Shown piece after piece: positions 48,549 to 58,448 of a DNA stretch of 64,000 bases; position 1 is the first letter of the stretch, and the number at the start of each line of letters is the position of its first letter. Under the pieces are notes generated by a model. That model did no database searches. It was not told the origin of the DNA and saw nothing but the letters and a program-made list of their open reading frames with translations. Position numbers and translations under genes: made by a program. The stretch comes from Minisyncoccia bacterium (GTDB lineage Bacteria; Patescibacteriota; Minisyncoccia; Phycocordibacterales; CALRBL01), in the NCBI GenBank assembly GCA_038230075.1, contig JBBRNV010000001.1:11672-75671 (forward strand), read 5' to 3'.

Positions 48549-48636
48549 GATTACCTTGTTTACTTCGAAAACTGCACTAACTAGGTGAAAAATAGTATAA
48601 AACAGGCCACCTTAAAAGGCAAGGTAAAAAAGAGGT

Positions 48637-49512
48637 TTATTTGAGATATTCCTCAATTAATGCCTGATGTTCTTTATATGTCTTCGAAGGATGAATCATT
48701 CTATTACTGTCGTGGAAATAGAAAACGTAATCTGTTTTGATAGGGTCGTACGCTGCTTCAATTGCAGCAATTCCAGGATTTGAAATAGCAGAAGGGGGAA
48801 GACCTTTATTTTTATAAGTGTTATAAGGTGACTCGATTTTCTTATCTTGAGGAGTTACTTGAGGCCACCATCCACTGTCATCACTTCCTTTCGCATATTG
48901 AAGTGTTGCATCAAGATCAAGACTCATTCCATTAAAAAGTCTATTCCAGATGATTCCTGAGATAAGTCGCATATCACTTTTTCCTGCTGCTTCACGCTGA
49001 ATGAGTGAGGCAATCTTAACAACGGTATCAACATTAATTTTGCTTTTCATTGAAGCTTTGTGTGTTCCTGCAGCTTTTGGATCAATATTGTTTTGCACTG
49101 CTTCATCAAAGTTTTTAAGCATTTCATCTTTTACCTCTGACCCTGTTGAATCAATAGGAAGAAGATAGGTGTCAGGGAAGTAGTAACCTTCAAGTTTTGT
49201 ATCTAAAAATTCTTGTCGATCAATATTGTTCCAAGCGAGAGTTTTGCTATAAATATCGGCCACTTCTTCTTTTCGAAGACCTTCAGGAATTTTAACGTAT
49301 CTCATGTAAGGGTTCGCAAGGTTTTGATACATTTGAAGGGCACTTAATGCTCTTCCAAAAATATCTTTGGCTCGTGCAATATTTTGAGGAATGTTAGTGA
49401 GAAAAGGAAGTAGGGCAATTAGAAGTGCAACACCAAGTGTGATGACAAATTTTTTTCCAATCTTAGCACCTATCTTTTGAGATCTATTTTTTGATTGTTG
49501 GCTGTCCTTCAT
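48637..49512 (-). CDS. mltG: endolytic murein transglycosylase MltG (YceG-like)
   Basis: N-terminal TM and YceG-family core including the YYFPDTY motif. Confidence 0.7.
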   Translation of the reverse strand: MKDSQQSKNRSQKIGAKIGKKFVITLGVALLIALLPFLTNIPQNIARAKDIFGRALSALQMYQNLANPYMRYVKIPEGLRKEEVADIYSKTLAWNNIDRQEFLDTKLEGYYFPDTYLLPIDSTGSEVKDEMLKNFDEAVQNNIDPKAAGTHKASMKSKINVDTVVKIASLIQREAAGKSDMRLISGIIWNRLFNGMSLDLDATLQYAKGSDDSGWWPQVTPQDKKIESPYNTYKNKGLPPSAISNPGIAAIEAAYDPIKTDYVFYFHDSNRMIHPSKTYKEHQALIEEYLK

Positions 49513-49538
49513 TGCGATATACTTAAGAGTACAATTCT

Positions 49539-50048
49539 ATGAGCGTTATGACAAGTAAAACAATGATTAGATTTCCATGGTCTAAGGCTGCGCTGCTTCG
49601 TTCTTTTGTTATTTGCGTTATTGTTGAAGCAGGATTCTTTCTTCCACTTTTAGTTTCGTTTGTAGATGTTCAAGATTCATTCACTTTTGCATACCTTACG
49701 GCACCGCTGACAACCATAGGGTTACTTGTTGCACTTCCGCTTCTCTGCGCTATAGTTCAGCTCGTCTTGCTTGAATCGGTGTTTTATGACATTAACGACC
49801 ACTATGTCATGATAAAACGAGGCAGTATCACACCGCAAGATATGACCATTTCCTACAGAAACATTGAAGAAGTAGAGGTTTATGCTGATTTTATCGACAA
49901 AAGCTTCGGTTTATCTTCAATTAAGCTTACTTCAAGCCGCATTTCAGAAGAGGCAAAAGACTTGGCAGTTATTCGTTTTCTATCAAATAAAAACAGTCAG
50001 GAACTCAAAAATGACATCATAGAGTTATGTCATAAATTAGGCTCATAG
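49539..50048 (+). CDS. membrane protein with bacterial PH (bPH_2/YdbS-like) domain
   Basis: Two N-terminal TM helices then a PH-like beta domain (ITPQDMTISYRNIEEVEVYADFIDKSFGLSSIKLTS). Confidence 0.45.
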   Translation: MSVMTSKTMIRFPWSKAALLRSFVICVIVEAGFFLPLLVSFVDVQDSFTFAYLTAPLTTIGLLVALPLLCAIVQLVLLESVFYDINDHYVMIKRGSITPQDMTISYRNIEEVEVYADFIDKSFGLSSIKLTSSRISEEAKDLAVIRFLSNKNSQELKNDIIELCHKLGS

Positions 50049-50060
50049 CCGTCATCAATT

Positions 50061-50567
50061 ATGTCTAAACACGACATCCACAGAGATCTAGTTCAAACGC
50101 TTTATAAAGAGCACGGAGACGCTATTTTTCGATATGCTTTCTATAAAACCTCTGACCGAGAGAAGTCCCTTGATATAACTCAAGAAACATTTGTCAAAAT
50201 ATGGGAATCCCTTACAGGAGGAACCATTATTGAAAATCATAAGGCGTATCTCTACAGAACAACAGAACGAATGGTAATCGACTGGTATCGAAAGAAAAAG
50301 TCATTATCACTCGATGCTCTACAAGATGTTGGATACGATCCTTCTGATGAATCAGGTACTGAATCAACTATTCACCGACTTGATGCAGAAAAAGTTTTGA
50401 GCCATATCAAAGACCTTGAACCTGATTATCGAGATATTCTACTTCTCCGATACATCGAGGGAATGACTGTAAAAGAAATTGCTGCGATTTTACAGGAAAA
50501 AGAAAATACGGTGTCGGTACGAATTTACCGAGCACTTGAAAAACTTCGCGCAATCATGAAATTATAA
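50061..50567 (+). CDS. RNA polymerase sigma-70 factor, ECF subfamily (second copy)
   Basis: Region 2 IFRYAFYKTSDREKSLDITQETFVKIWE and region 4 GMTVKEIAAILQEKENTVSVRIYRALEKLR. Confidence 0.8.
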   Translation: MSKHDIHRDLVQTLYKEHGDAIFRYAFYKTSDREKSLDITQETFVKIWESLTGGTIIENHKAYLYRTTERMVIDWYRKKKSLSLDALQDVGYDPSDESGTESTIHRLDAEKVLSHIKDLEPDYRDILLLRYIEGMTVKEIAAILQEKENTVSVRIYRALEKLRAIMKL

Positions 50568-50569
50568 AT

Positions 50570-51775
50570 ATGAATACTAAGGAAGAAAAAATACTATACG
50601 AAACTCTAGAAGTTCAGAAATTCCTCGAAGAAGCTGAATCAGTGGTTATGTCGTCTACGGAAAAAAGAAATCTTTGGATTGCTATTTCTCGTAGAATGGA
50701 AGCAAACGAAAAAAAGGTTGTATCACCATACAGCTTTAGTTTTATGTTTAAACATCGAAAGCAAATCATTGCATTTGCTTCAATTGTTCTTATTCTTACA
50801 GGTTACTTTGGAACAAGTTACGCAGCAGATAGCTCTCTTCCTGGAGATGCACTGTACTCAGTTAAAATTAATGTCAACGAAGAAGTTCAAAACTTTTTTG
50901 CTATTGGTGCCAATGCTCAAGCAAAGGTTGCAGTAGATCAAGCAAAAAAGCGACTTCAAGAAGCAGAAACACTTTCTGTAAAAGGAAGATTGAATTCAAA
51001 CACAAAAGCCATCATTGAGGCTAATTTCAAAAAACACACAACAAAAATTAAAGAATCTGTTGCAACACTTCATAGTGAAAAAAATACTCAAGCTGCAAAC
51101 GCTGTTATTTCTGATCTTACCTATAGTGTAAAAGCACACGAAACAATACTTTCAAGTATTAAAGAACGAACAGGTAGCACAACTCAAAATCAAATTGATT
51201 CATTGATTGGAAATATCAATACACAAGTTGTTGCAGATCTTGCAAGCACATCAGTTGGTGCAACTTCAACTTCTATCGATTTAAGTGAGGTATTAAAGAA
51301 TGACGCTAGTTCAACTGATGCCACAACAATTATTGTTGCGACAAGTTCAACATCAACAATTGGTGTAAAGAATACTTCAGTTTTAACTGCGACAACAACC
51401 ATGAGTCTCAGCACCTCAACAAAAAATAAAGCAACAAGTACTTCAACTTCAACAACCACTCAACCAGTTGCAAGCACAACTATTACCGCAAGTGATATCG
51501 ACCAAACACAAAAAGACGCTATCAATGTTATTGATCAGGCTTCACAAAGCACCAAAGATTCGTCAAATAACTCAATTCTCTCAGATAAAGCTGCAGAAAA
51601 ATTCCAATTAGCACAAGATGAAATAAAAAACGCACGAACATATCTTGATTCAAAACAATATGAAAAGGCACTCAATTCTTTTAGCCAAGCAAAAGGGTAT
51701 GCTACCGAAGCACAAGCTATTTTGAAGGCTCAAAGTGACGCTTCAACAGAAGTTCTCGATCTTCTCAAGAAATAA
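50570..51775 (+). CDS. putative anti-sigma factor / membrane-anchored Ser/Thr-rich protein
   Basis: Starts 3 nt after the ECF sigma stop. Cytoplasmic N-terminus, single TM (IIAFASIVLILTGYF), then a long extracytoplasmic T/S-rich helical domain. Confidence 0.45.
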   Translation: MNTKEEKILYETLEVQKFLEEAESVVMSSTEKRNLWIAISRRMEANEKKVVSPYSFSFMFKHRKQIIAFASIVLILTGYFGTSYAADSSLPGDALYSVKINVNEEVQNFFAIGANAQAKVAVDQAKKRLQEAETLSVKGRLNSNTKAIIEANFKKHTTKIKESVATLHSEKNTQAANAVISDLTYSVKAHETILSSIKERTGSTTQNQIDSLIGNINTQVVADLASTSVGATSTSIDLSEVLKNDASSTDATTIIVATSSTSTIGVKNTSVLTATTTMSLSTSTKNKATSTSTSTTTQPVASTTITASDIDQTQKDAINVIDQASQSTKDSSNNSILSDKAAEKFQLAQDEIKNARTYLDSKQYEKALNSFSQAKGYATEAQAILKAQSDASTEVLDLLKK

Positions 51776-51790
51776 GTATATTATGTCGGA

Positions 51791-53014
51791 ATGAAACGAC
51801 TCGTTTTATTTGGAATTACAGGTGATTTATCGAAAAAGAAACTTATTCCAGCACTTCGTTCTCTTTTTGAACGAGAGCTTTTAAAGCTTGTCCAGGTTAC
51901 AGGATTTGGAAGATCACCAATTTCGACAGATGAATTAGATACACTTATTGGAACTAAAGATTCATTTAGGTCTATATTCTCGTATGTCAGTGGAGACTAT
52001 CACAATATTTCTGCGTACAAGCAGCTATTGTATGAATTAAAATCAGATGATGAGCTTGTGGTGTACATTTCAACACCTCCTTTTGTTTATTCAGATATTA
52101 TTGAAGGCTTACTTTCAATTAAAAAGATTCATGCGAAAACAAGAGTGTATTTCGAGAAGCCGTTTGGTTTGTCAAAAGTAGAGGCAGAGAAACTATTTTC
52201 AAAACTAGAGCAAGAATTTATCACCGAAGGTGTAGAGCAAAACGCCTTTGTTATTGATCACTATGTAGCAAAACCATCATTTCAAAATCTGATTAAGGTG
52301 AGAAAAGATACTTCTCAGTTTTCAAATTGGTTTTCAACTCAATCAGATCAATCAGAAAAGCTTTCAAATATTACTCTCGACATCAAAGAAGACAGCACAG
52401 CAGAAAAACGTGGCTCACTATATGATGCATCAGGAGTATTAAAAGATGTGGTTCAAAATCATATGCTTCAAATGCTGAAAATCTCTTTGATTTCTTTCTC
52501 TGGTCAAAATAATGACGATAAAAGTTTTTGCAGATTCCTCAAACAAATCAACATTTCGTCTATGGTGAGAGCTCAGTACAATGGTTTTAAAACAACTAAA
52601 GGAGTGAGTCCTGACTCGCAAACTGAAACGTATGTAAAAATAAACCTTGAATACACAAACACAAACTCAATAGAACCTGTATCGATAGTTATGGAAGCAG
52701 GAAAAGCATTGAAAAAAGGTGATTCAAGCATAAAAATAAAAACTGTAAGTGGTCGCGATATTGTGACCACTTTGTCTGGTCATGAAAATATTTCTATAGA
52801 CGGAAAATTGGTGTGGGAAAAAGAGGCTCGAAAGGAACACACTCCTGATGCATACGAAGTAATATTCAGCTCAGCCTTAGACGATAAACGTGACGTATTT
52901 ATTCCAAAAGATGAGGTTCTAGCTTCTTGGCAGTTTGTTGAAACACTTATACAACACATGCAGCAAAGTTCGCTCTTAACATACGAAGTAGGCTCTGATA
53001 CAGTAAATACATGA
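51791..53014 (+). CDS. glucose-6-phosphate dehydrogenase family protein, short divergent form
   Basis: N-terminal LFGITGDLSKKKLIPAL matches G6PD GxxGDLA(K/R)(K/R)K(L/I)xPAL. VIDHYVAKP matches the catalytic RIDHYLGKE. Only 407 aa. Confidence 0.6.
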   Translation: MKRLVLFGITGDLSKKKLIPALRSLFERELLKLVQVTGFGRSPISTDELDTLIGTKDSFRSIFSYVSGDYHNISAYKQLLYELKSDDELVVYISTPPFVYSDIIEGLLSIKKIHAKTRVYFEKPFGLSKVEAEKLFSKLEQEFITEGVEQNAFVIDHYVAKPSFQNLIKVRKDTSQFSNWFSTQSDQSEKLSNITLDIKEDSTAEKRGSLYDASGVLKDVVQNHMLQMLKISLISFSGQNNDDKSFCRFLKQINISSMVRAQYNGFKTTKGVSPDSQTETYVKINLEYTNTNSIEPVSIVMEAGKALKKGDSSIKIKTVSGRDIVTTLSGHENISIDGKLVWEKEARKEHTPDAYEVIFSSALDDKRDVFIPKDEVLASWQFVETLIQHMQQSSLLTYEVGSDTVNT

Positions 53015-53253
53015 TAAAAGATTTTTTAATGCGAAAGATGCTTGAAAGACAGCTCAAAAATGTTCCTAAGGAAGAACAAGAACGACTCATTACCCTTATT
53101 ACAAAAAACCCTGAATTTTTCCAGAAAATCGCTGAAGAAATAAAGAAACGAATGGATGGAGGAATGGAACAAACTGCTGCAACCATGGCTGTTATGCAAA
53201 TGTATCAAAAAGAATTACAAGAAATAGCTGGAAAACCTGAACAAAAAGCGTAA
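53011..53253 (+). CDS. small helical hypothetical protein
   Basis: 80-aa ORF overlapping the upstream stop (ATGA) and overlapped by the downstream start (TAATGA). Operon-like packing. Confidence 0.35.
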   Translation: MIKDFLMRKMLERQLKNVPKEEQERLITLITKNPEFFQKIAEEIKKRMDGGMEQTAATMAVMQMYQKELQEIAGKPEQKA

Positions 53254-53828
53254 TGAAAAAAATATTCATTTTATACGGACATCCTGAGCATGAAAGTTTT
53301 GGTTCAACGCTTGCAGAATCATACGAGAAAGGTGCGAGACAGGCTGGTTTTGAAGTTCAGATCATGAAAATGGCTGATATGCAGTTCGACCCATGCATGA
53401 TGAAAGAAATGAAAAAACCTGGAATGCTTGAACCTGATCTCAAACTCTTTCAAGAACACATTGTGTGGTGTGATCATTTTGTCGTGCAACATCCAATATG
53501 GTGGAACGATCTTCCTGCACGTCTTAAGGGTCTTTTTGACAGAACTTTTTATCAAGGATTTGCATATAAGTATGGAGCATCAGGATATACATGGTCAAAA
53601 CTTCTTAAGGGAAGAACGGGGCGAATCATTTATACATGTGGATCACCTTGGTTTGTTTCATTTTTTAGAGTTTTTGGAAGCCCTACTCAAACATTGAAAA
53701 CTGCTATTCTTAATTTTTGTGGAATTAAAACAAAAGCGACACGTGTAGCTCGAGCTGAAAAATTAACAGAAGAACAAAAGAATGCATGGCGAGGAAAGAT
53801 GTTTGAAATGGGAATGAATGGAAAGTAA
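53253..53828 (+). CDS. flavodoxin-like NAD(P)H-dependent oxidoreductase (NQO/Flavodoxin_2 family)
   Basis: MKKIFILYGHPEHESFGSTLAESY N-terminus typical of the NAD(P)H:quinone oxidoreductase / flavodoxin-2 fold. Confidence 0.6.
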   Translation: MKKIFILYGHPEHESFGSTLAESYEKGARQAGFEVQIMKMADMQFDPCMMKEMKKPGMLEPDLKLFQEHIVWCDHFVVQHPIWWNDLPARLKGLFDRTFYQGFAYKYGASGYTWSKLLKGRTGRIIYTCGSPWFVSFFRVFGSPTQTLKTAILNFCGIKTKATRVARAEKLTEEQKNAWRGKMFEMGMNGK

Positions 53829-53868
53829 TCATTAGCACTGTTTCTCTTTATTTGTTACTATCGCACTC

Positions 53869-54966
53869 ATGTCACTCTCAATCGGAATTGTTGGTCTCCC
53901 AAACGTAGGAAAATCAACCCTCTTTAACGCTCTCACGAAAAAGAGTGTTCTTGCTGCAAACTATCCATTTGCCACTATTGATCCTTCTGTTGGTGTTGTA
54001 GCGGTTCCAGATGAACGTCTATATAAGCTTGCAACCTTCTCACAAACTCTCAAAACTGTTCCTGCGGCTGTTGAATTCGTCGATATTGCCGGACTCGTTA
54101 AAGGTGCCGCATCAGGAGAAGGTCTTGGAAACAAATTCCTCTCAAACATTCGAGAAACAGACGCAATTCTTCAGGTAGTTCGAATATTTGAAGATACAAA
54201 TATTATTCACGTTGATAATCGAATTGATCCACTAGGAGATATCGAAGTTATTAACCTTGAACTTGTTTTTGCAGATACCGAAACTGTTGCTAAACGGTTG
54301 GTAAATCTTGGAAAAGATGTAAAAAAGGCAGACAAAGCTGCAATCGCTGAACATACTGTGCTTGAAAAGATAAAAAAAGTTTTAGAAGAAGGAAAGTTGG
54401 CACAAGAAGCAGATTTAACTGAAGATGAGAAAATGATTATACAAAGCGCTCATCTTCTCACCATGAAGCCTATTTTGTATGCACTTAATAAAAAAGGAGG
54501 AGGAACAAATCTTGATGAAATCAACGACGAACGATATAAAAAACTGATCACATTTTTGGAAGGTAAAAAAGCCAGTTTTGTTATTGTAGATGCAAAGATT
54601 GAAGATGAATTAAAAGAATTAGAAGGAGAAGAAAAAGAAATGTTTCGGGTTGATATGGGAGGAAAAGATGATGGAATCGACCTTCTTATTCAAAAAAGTT
54701 ATAGCATGCTTGGTCTCATGACATATTTTACAACAGGTGTTCAAGAAACTCGAGCGTGGACAATTAAAGTCGGCTCAACCGCTCCAATTGCCGGAACTGC
54801 AATTCATACCGATTTTAAAGACAAATTTATTCGCGCAGAAGTCATTAATTGGAAGTCATTGCTCGATTCAGGCTCATTCGGCGTTGCCCGAGAAAAAGGT
54901 TTAGTAAGAACCGAAGGAAAAGAATATATTGTGCAAGATGGAGATGTGATTGAATTCAAAAAATAA
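53869..54966 (+). CDS. ychF: ribosome-binding ATPase YchF
   Basis: G1 GIVGLPNVGKSTLFNALT, a TGS-like C-terminal domain, 365 aa. Confidence 0.9.
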   Translation: MSLSIGIVGLPNVGKSTLFNALTKKSVLAANYPFATIDPSVGVVAVPDERLYKLATFSQTLKTVPAAVEFVDIAGLVKGAASGEGLGNKFLSNIRETDAILQVVRIFEDTNIIHVDNRIDPLGDIEVINLELVFADTETVAKRLVNLGKDVKKADKAAIAEHTVLEKIKKVLEEGKLAQEADLTEDEKMIIQSAHLLTMKPILYALNKKGGGTNLDEINDERYKKLITFLEGKKASFVIVDAKIEDELKELEGEEKEMFRVDMGGKDDGIDLLIQKSYSMLGLMTYFTTGVQETRAWTIKVGSTAPIAGTAIHTDFKDKFIRAEVINWKSLLDSGSFGVAREKGLVRTEGKEYIVQDGDVIEFKK

Positions 54967-54989
54967 TTTCAGAGGCGCAATTTACGGTT

Positions 54990-55433
54990 ATGGCTGTTGC
55001 AATCGATAAGAAAAAGCATATTGAGAAGTATGGAAAGATTGCAGATGATCCTTATACGATTTGCTTGTCATATGTACTTGAGCGATTAATTTTTTGTACC
55101 GATAAAGATGCTAACTCAACAGTGGCTATAACAATTGAAAAAAGAGGAAAGAAAGAAGACGCCCAGCTTCTTGCCCATTACAACAGTATTGTTGATCAAG
55201 GCACGTATCATGTTAACTCCGTGAGATTCAAACAACGCATATCTCATTTTATGATGAAGACAAAGAGGGATAATGACGTAGGGCTACAGATTGCTGATCT
55301 CTGTGCTTATCCTATTGCTCGCCATGTCTTAAATTCAGAAGAACCATACATCCCATTTAAGATAATCGAAGGAAAATTAAGAAAAGGGAATAACGGTAAA
55401 GTAGATGGATACGGTCTGAAAATCTTCCCTTAG
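54990..55433 (+). CDS. hypothetical protein, DUF3800-like C-terminal motif
   Basis: DVGLQIADLCAY resembles the conserved GxQLADLxA motif of DUF3800 proteins. Lacks the usual N-terminal DESG segment. Confidence 0.35.
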   Translation: MAVAIDKKKHIEKYGKIADDPYTICLSYVLERLIFCTDKDANSTVAITIEKRGKKEDAQLLAHYNSIVDQGTYHVNSVRFKQRISHFMMKTKRDNDVGLQIADLCAYPIARHVLNSEEPYIPFKIIEGKLRKGNNGKVDGYGLKIFP

Positions 55434-55440
55434 AACGCAA

Positions 55441-55462
55441 AAAGTCCCTTGCGGGACCTTTT
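55441..55462 (+). terminator. rho-independent terminator
   Basis: GTCCC-ttgc-GGGAC followed by CTTTTG. Confidence 0.5.
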
Positions 55463-55665
55463 GCCGACCGGGGACACCCCGATCCGATATCTAGAATATA
55501 CACTATTCAAAGGCTTTAAGTCAAGGAGTTATCCACAGTCAAGATTCCACATATACTAAGATAGGGTTTTAAGTGTTTTATTACATAGCAAGTATGAAAT
55601 TAGAGTATTTTGCAATATATTCAACTAAATAGTACAATATTGGGTATTATAAATAATTTATTATT

Positions 55666-56754
55666 ATGACCAACAAATCAAAGGTGATCTTAGGGATTAT
55701 TGCAGCCATTATTATCATAGGAGGTATTTGGATTGTTAATGTAAATCGTAATAATGAGCCAAAAAATTTGACCTTTGGTTTGATCTCTAATCTCACTGGA
55801 GATTACTCTGCAGTAGGAGAATCATTTGCAAAAGGTGCAGACTTAGCTCAGTCTGAATGGAATACAGCACATCCAAACCAACAAATTCAAATGATAAAGG
55901 AAGATGATGGCTTTGATGCAAAGAAAGGTCTTTCTGCTTATAAAAAACTTACAAGCATTGATCATATTGATGCTTTAATCAATACAACCACAATTACTAT
56001 TGATGCACTATATGATGATGTATCAAAATCTGGCATACCAGTAGCACTTGGATTCGAGCAAGGAATCGAAGCGAGAGACGATAATGTAGTCCAGTTATGG
56101 CCAGGAAGTGTGCCTGCAGAAGTAAAGCTTGGAGAAGCAATCAAAGAAAAAGGATTTAAGAATATTGTATTATTCGTCGATAACGGCTCCGCCGCTTTTC
56201 AGCGATTTGCAGATGGTTTTAAGAAAGGATATGGATTACCAGTGCAAGAAATAAAAATAGCTGCTGATGGAAGTGATGTGCGTACAAGCGCTCTCAAGGC
56301 AAGCACACTCAAGCCCGACGCAGTTGTATTTATTATCAAACCCACTTCAGGAGCACTTTTGGTTAAAGAATTGAAATCAATTAGTAAAGATAATTATCAA
56401 TTCGTGTTTGATGCCAATATTCAGACAGGTTTTACTGACTACACAAAAATTCTTGGTGATACTAATGTTTTGAATGGTAGTATTATTTATACTGTACCGA
56501 GCGTCTATCGAAAAGACTTTACAGATAATTTCAAGAACAAATTCGGCACGGAGCCAACTATTGGATCAGAGACCGGTTATAACGCATTTAAACTTCTTGC
56601 TCAAAGCTATGATGAAAATAAAGAAAAATGGGTTAAAAATATGCAGGAAGCCAGCTTTGATGGTGCAGACGGAAAGATTGTATTCGATGAGAATGGTATA
56701 AGAATTCCTGAACTTAAAATTGGTACGATTGAGAATGGAAAGCTCCCAAACTAA
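55666..56754 (+). CDS. ABC transporter substrate-binding protein, Liv/branched-chain amino acid type
   Basis: N-terminal signal/TM anchor and type I periplasmic-binding fold. Followed, after the island, by a livH-like permease fragment. Confidence 0.7.
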   Translation: MTNKSKVILGIIAAIIIIGGIWIVNVNRNNEPKNLTFGLISNLTGDYSAVGESFAKGADLAQSEWNTAHPNQQIQMIKEDDGFDAKKGLSAYKKLTSIDHIDALINTTTITIDALYDDVSKSGIPVALGFEQGIEARDDNVVQLWPGSVPAEVKLGEAIKEKGFKNIVLFVDNGSAAFQRFADGFKKGYGLPVQEIKIAADGSDVRTSALKASTLKPDAVVFIIKPTSGALLVKELKSISKDNYQFVFDANIQTGFTDYTKILGDTNVLNGSIIYTVPSVYRKDFTDNFKNKFGTEPTIGSETGYNAFKLLAQSYDENKEKWVKNMQEASFDGADGKIVFDENGIRIPELKIGTIENGKLPN

Positions 56755-56776
56755 TCTGAAGTAAAAATAATTAATA

Positions 56777-56812
56777 AAGCCACCGAAAATCTTTCGACTT
56801 CGGTGGCTTTTG
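56777..56812 (+). terminator. rho-independent terminator of the SBP gene
   Basis: AAGCCACCGAA-aatctttcgac-TTCGGTGGCTTTTGG. Confidence 0.55.
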
Positions 56813-56833
56813 GTTAAGGGTTAACGTTTCGGG

Positions 56834-57649
56834 TTAGTCCGCAATACGCTTGAGCGCATCGACCCAATCCTTGCCCTCCTCGCTGATCCGCGCATGGAGC
56901 ATTCGCACCTTCGCGCCCTCGATCGAAATCGGGAACCGCGAGTAGTGGTCGAATGCCGCCGAGAACGGATCATCGTGGTGGCTGAGATCAGTAACGACGG
57001 CGACTTGCTTCGCGCCCTGACGAGCCGCCTCAATCATGAGGAGGATGCCATAGGGCACCAGCTCGCCGAGTTTAAACTTGTCCCCCATCGTCTGCGAACT
57101 CATCGGGAGATGGAGGTCCGTGAGAACCACATCGAACTTCTCCTTGCCGAGAAGCTCCATCGCCTCCTGATAGCCGGTTGCCGTGGTGAGAAAGTGACCA
57201 GCCAAGCCTTTCTTGGCGCTCGCGATATGCTTCGCAGCGTCATCGATGACGAGGATGCGGAGCGCATCAGCCTTGATCGGCACTTGTTCTTCCACAGGGG
57301 ACTCAGAGATTTCTGCAATCGGCGTGAGCTTCTTGCTGATCTCAGAGATCGTGGTCAGAAGATTGTGAAGTAGGTCTGCACCGTGCACGACTGTCACATT
57401 TTCAGGAAGATTGGTCGGCTTAGTGTGGTAACCGCCGCCTCCAACACCCCAAATGCAGAGATAGGACTTCTTTTTATCGAAGTCTTTCTCGATTTTGCGA
57501 ACGCTGTCGAAGATGATGAGATCAGCTTCGCTGGCGACGTCGATGAACTTTACGGGCTCACCGAGGATTTGCTTAATGGTTTTGCCTAGGATTTTTGCTT
57601 CCATGGCGATGTGGACCCGGATGGGTTGGATAGTGGTAGCGGTATTCAT
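56834..57649 (-). CDS. atypical receiver (REC, CheY-like) domain protein with unknown N-terminal domain
   Basis: C-terminal half has LRILVIDD ... KFDVVLTDLHLP ... VAVVTDLSHHDD, matching REC beta1 DD, beta3 phospho-acceptor D and beta4 T positions. Paralogous to 59677..60198. GC-rich codons. Confidence 0.6.
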   Translation of the reverse strand: MNTATTIQPIRVHIAMEAKILGKTIKQILGEPVKFIDVASEADLIIFDSVRKIEKDFDKKKSYLCIWGVGGGGYHTKPTNLPENVTVVHGADLLHNLLTTISEISKKLTPIAEISESPVEEQVPIKADALRILVIDDAAKHIASAKKGLAGHFLTTATGYQEAMELLGKEKFDVVLTDLHLPMSSQTMGDKFKLGELVPYGILLMIEAARQGAKQVAVVTDLSHHDDPFSAAFDHYSRFPISIEGAKVRMLHARISEEGKDWVDALKRIAD

Positions 57650-57737
57650 GAGATATGGCCTTTCTTTGTAGGTTGGATTTGAACGTTAAGTTGGAAAAGG
57701 GCTGGATTGCCTCTAATAACATAGTAACACAACTGTA

Positions 57738-57766
57738 TTGACAAGTCAAATTCGATGTGATAAGAT
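57738..57766 (+). promoter_or_regulatory. candidate promoter TTGACA-N17-TAAGAT with TTGAC-aa-GTCAA inverted repeat over the -35
   Basis: Identical hexamers and spacing to the promoter candidate at 59520..59548. Sits in the divergent AT-rich gap. Confidence 0.35.
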
Positions 57767-57831
57767 TTCGACCAAAGCACTTTACAAGTTGGTCATAGCT
57801 AAAAGTCCTTATTTTTTAAGGATTCCTAACT

Positions 57832-58302
57832 ATGACCAACCAAACAAACATCCTACGCACGTCTTTCGTGCAAGTGTGCAGCTTGCTCTGCATCGCCCTC
57901 GCTCTCTTCCTTACCGGCTGCGCTAAGAAAAAGGTCGAGGAGAAGGTCGTTACTCGGGGCTTCATGTATATGGAGTATCCCAAAGCGATTATTCTTCAAA
58001 TCGACAAGGAAGGCGTCGTCACCACTGGCGAATGGGAGAGTACCCCAGGCATTCCTTGGTCTTGGTGGAAGGATTCGGGTAAGAACGTGGGGAGCGAACT
58101 CACTGCCTATCCCGGCAATAAGTTCGTCCTTGAAGGACCGGCACAAGTGGGCGACCATTTTCGCTACCGCCTCTATTACAAAGAGATTCTCCTCGAAACG
58201 GGTGAGATGAAAAAGGTTTTGGAAAAGGTGACGGTCGAGAGCGACAAAATGGCGGATTATCAAAAGCAGATGGCTGCGACTGAAAGTCCGAAAACACAAT
58301 GA
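57832..58302 (+). CDS. lipoprotein (lipobox LFLTGC)
   Basis: Signal peptide with L-T-G-C lipobox and a beta-rich mature domain. GC-rich codons. Own hairpin terminator at about 58340-58385. Confidence 0.6.
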   Translation: MTNQTNILRTSFVQVCSLLCIALALFLTGCAKKKVEEKVVTRGFMYMEYPKAIILQIDKEGVVTTGEWESTPGIPWSWWKDSGKNVGSELTAYPGNKFVLEGPAQVGDHFRYRLYYKEILLETGEMKKVLEKVTVESDKMADYQKQMAATESPKTQ

Positions 58303-58448
58303 TGGTATACCCATCAGGAGAGCATCCTCAGGTTCGATCCCTGAAAGCATCACAAGCACTGTCCTTCGGGCGGTGCTTTACTTTTTGTATAAAATATGTT
58401 TAAATAATAAAAAATTTTGGTACATTCACAAACTGGCTTTAATCAGGT

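Noticed and set aside
56894-58359. Multiple overlapping ORFs (56894..57373+, 57100..57318-, 57383..57589+, 57853..58359-, 58100..58297-) inside the island
   Set aside because: GC-rich DNA produces long stop-free alternative frames. They overlap the better-supported REC-like and lipoprotein frames, which have recognisable domains and a lipobox.
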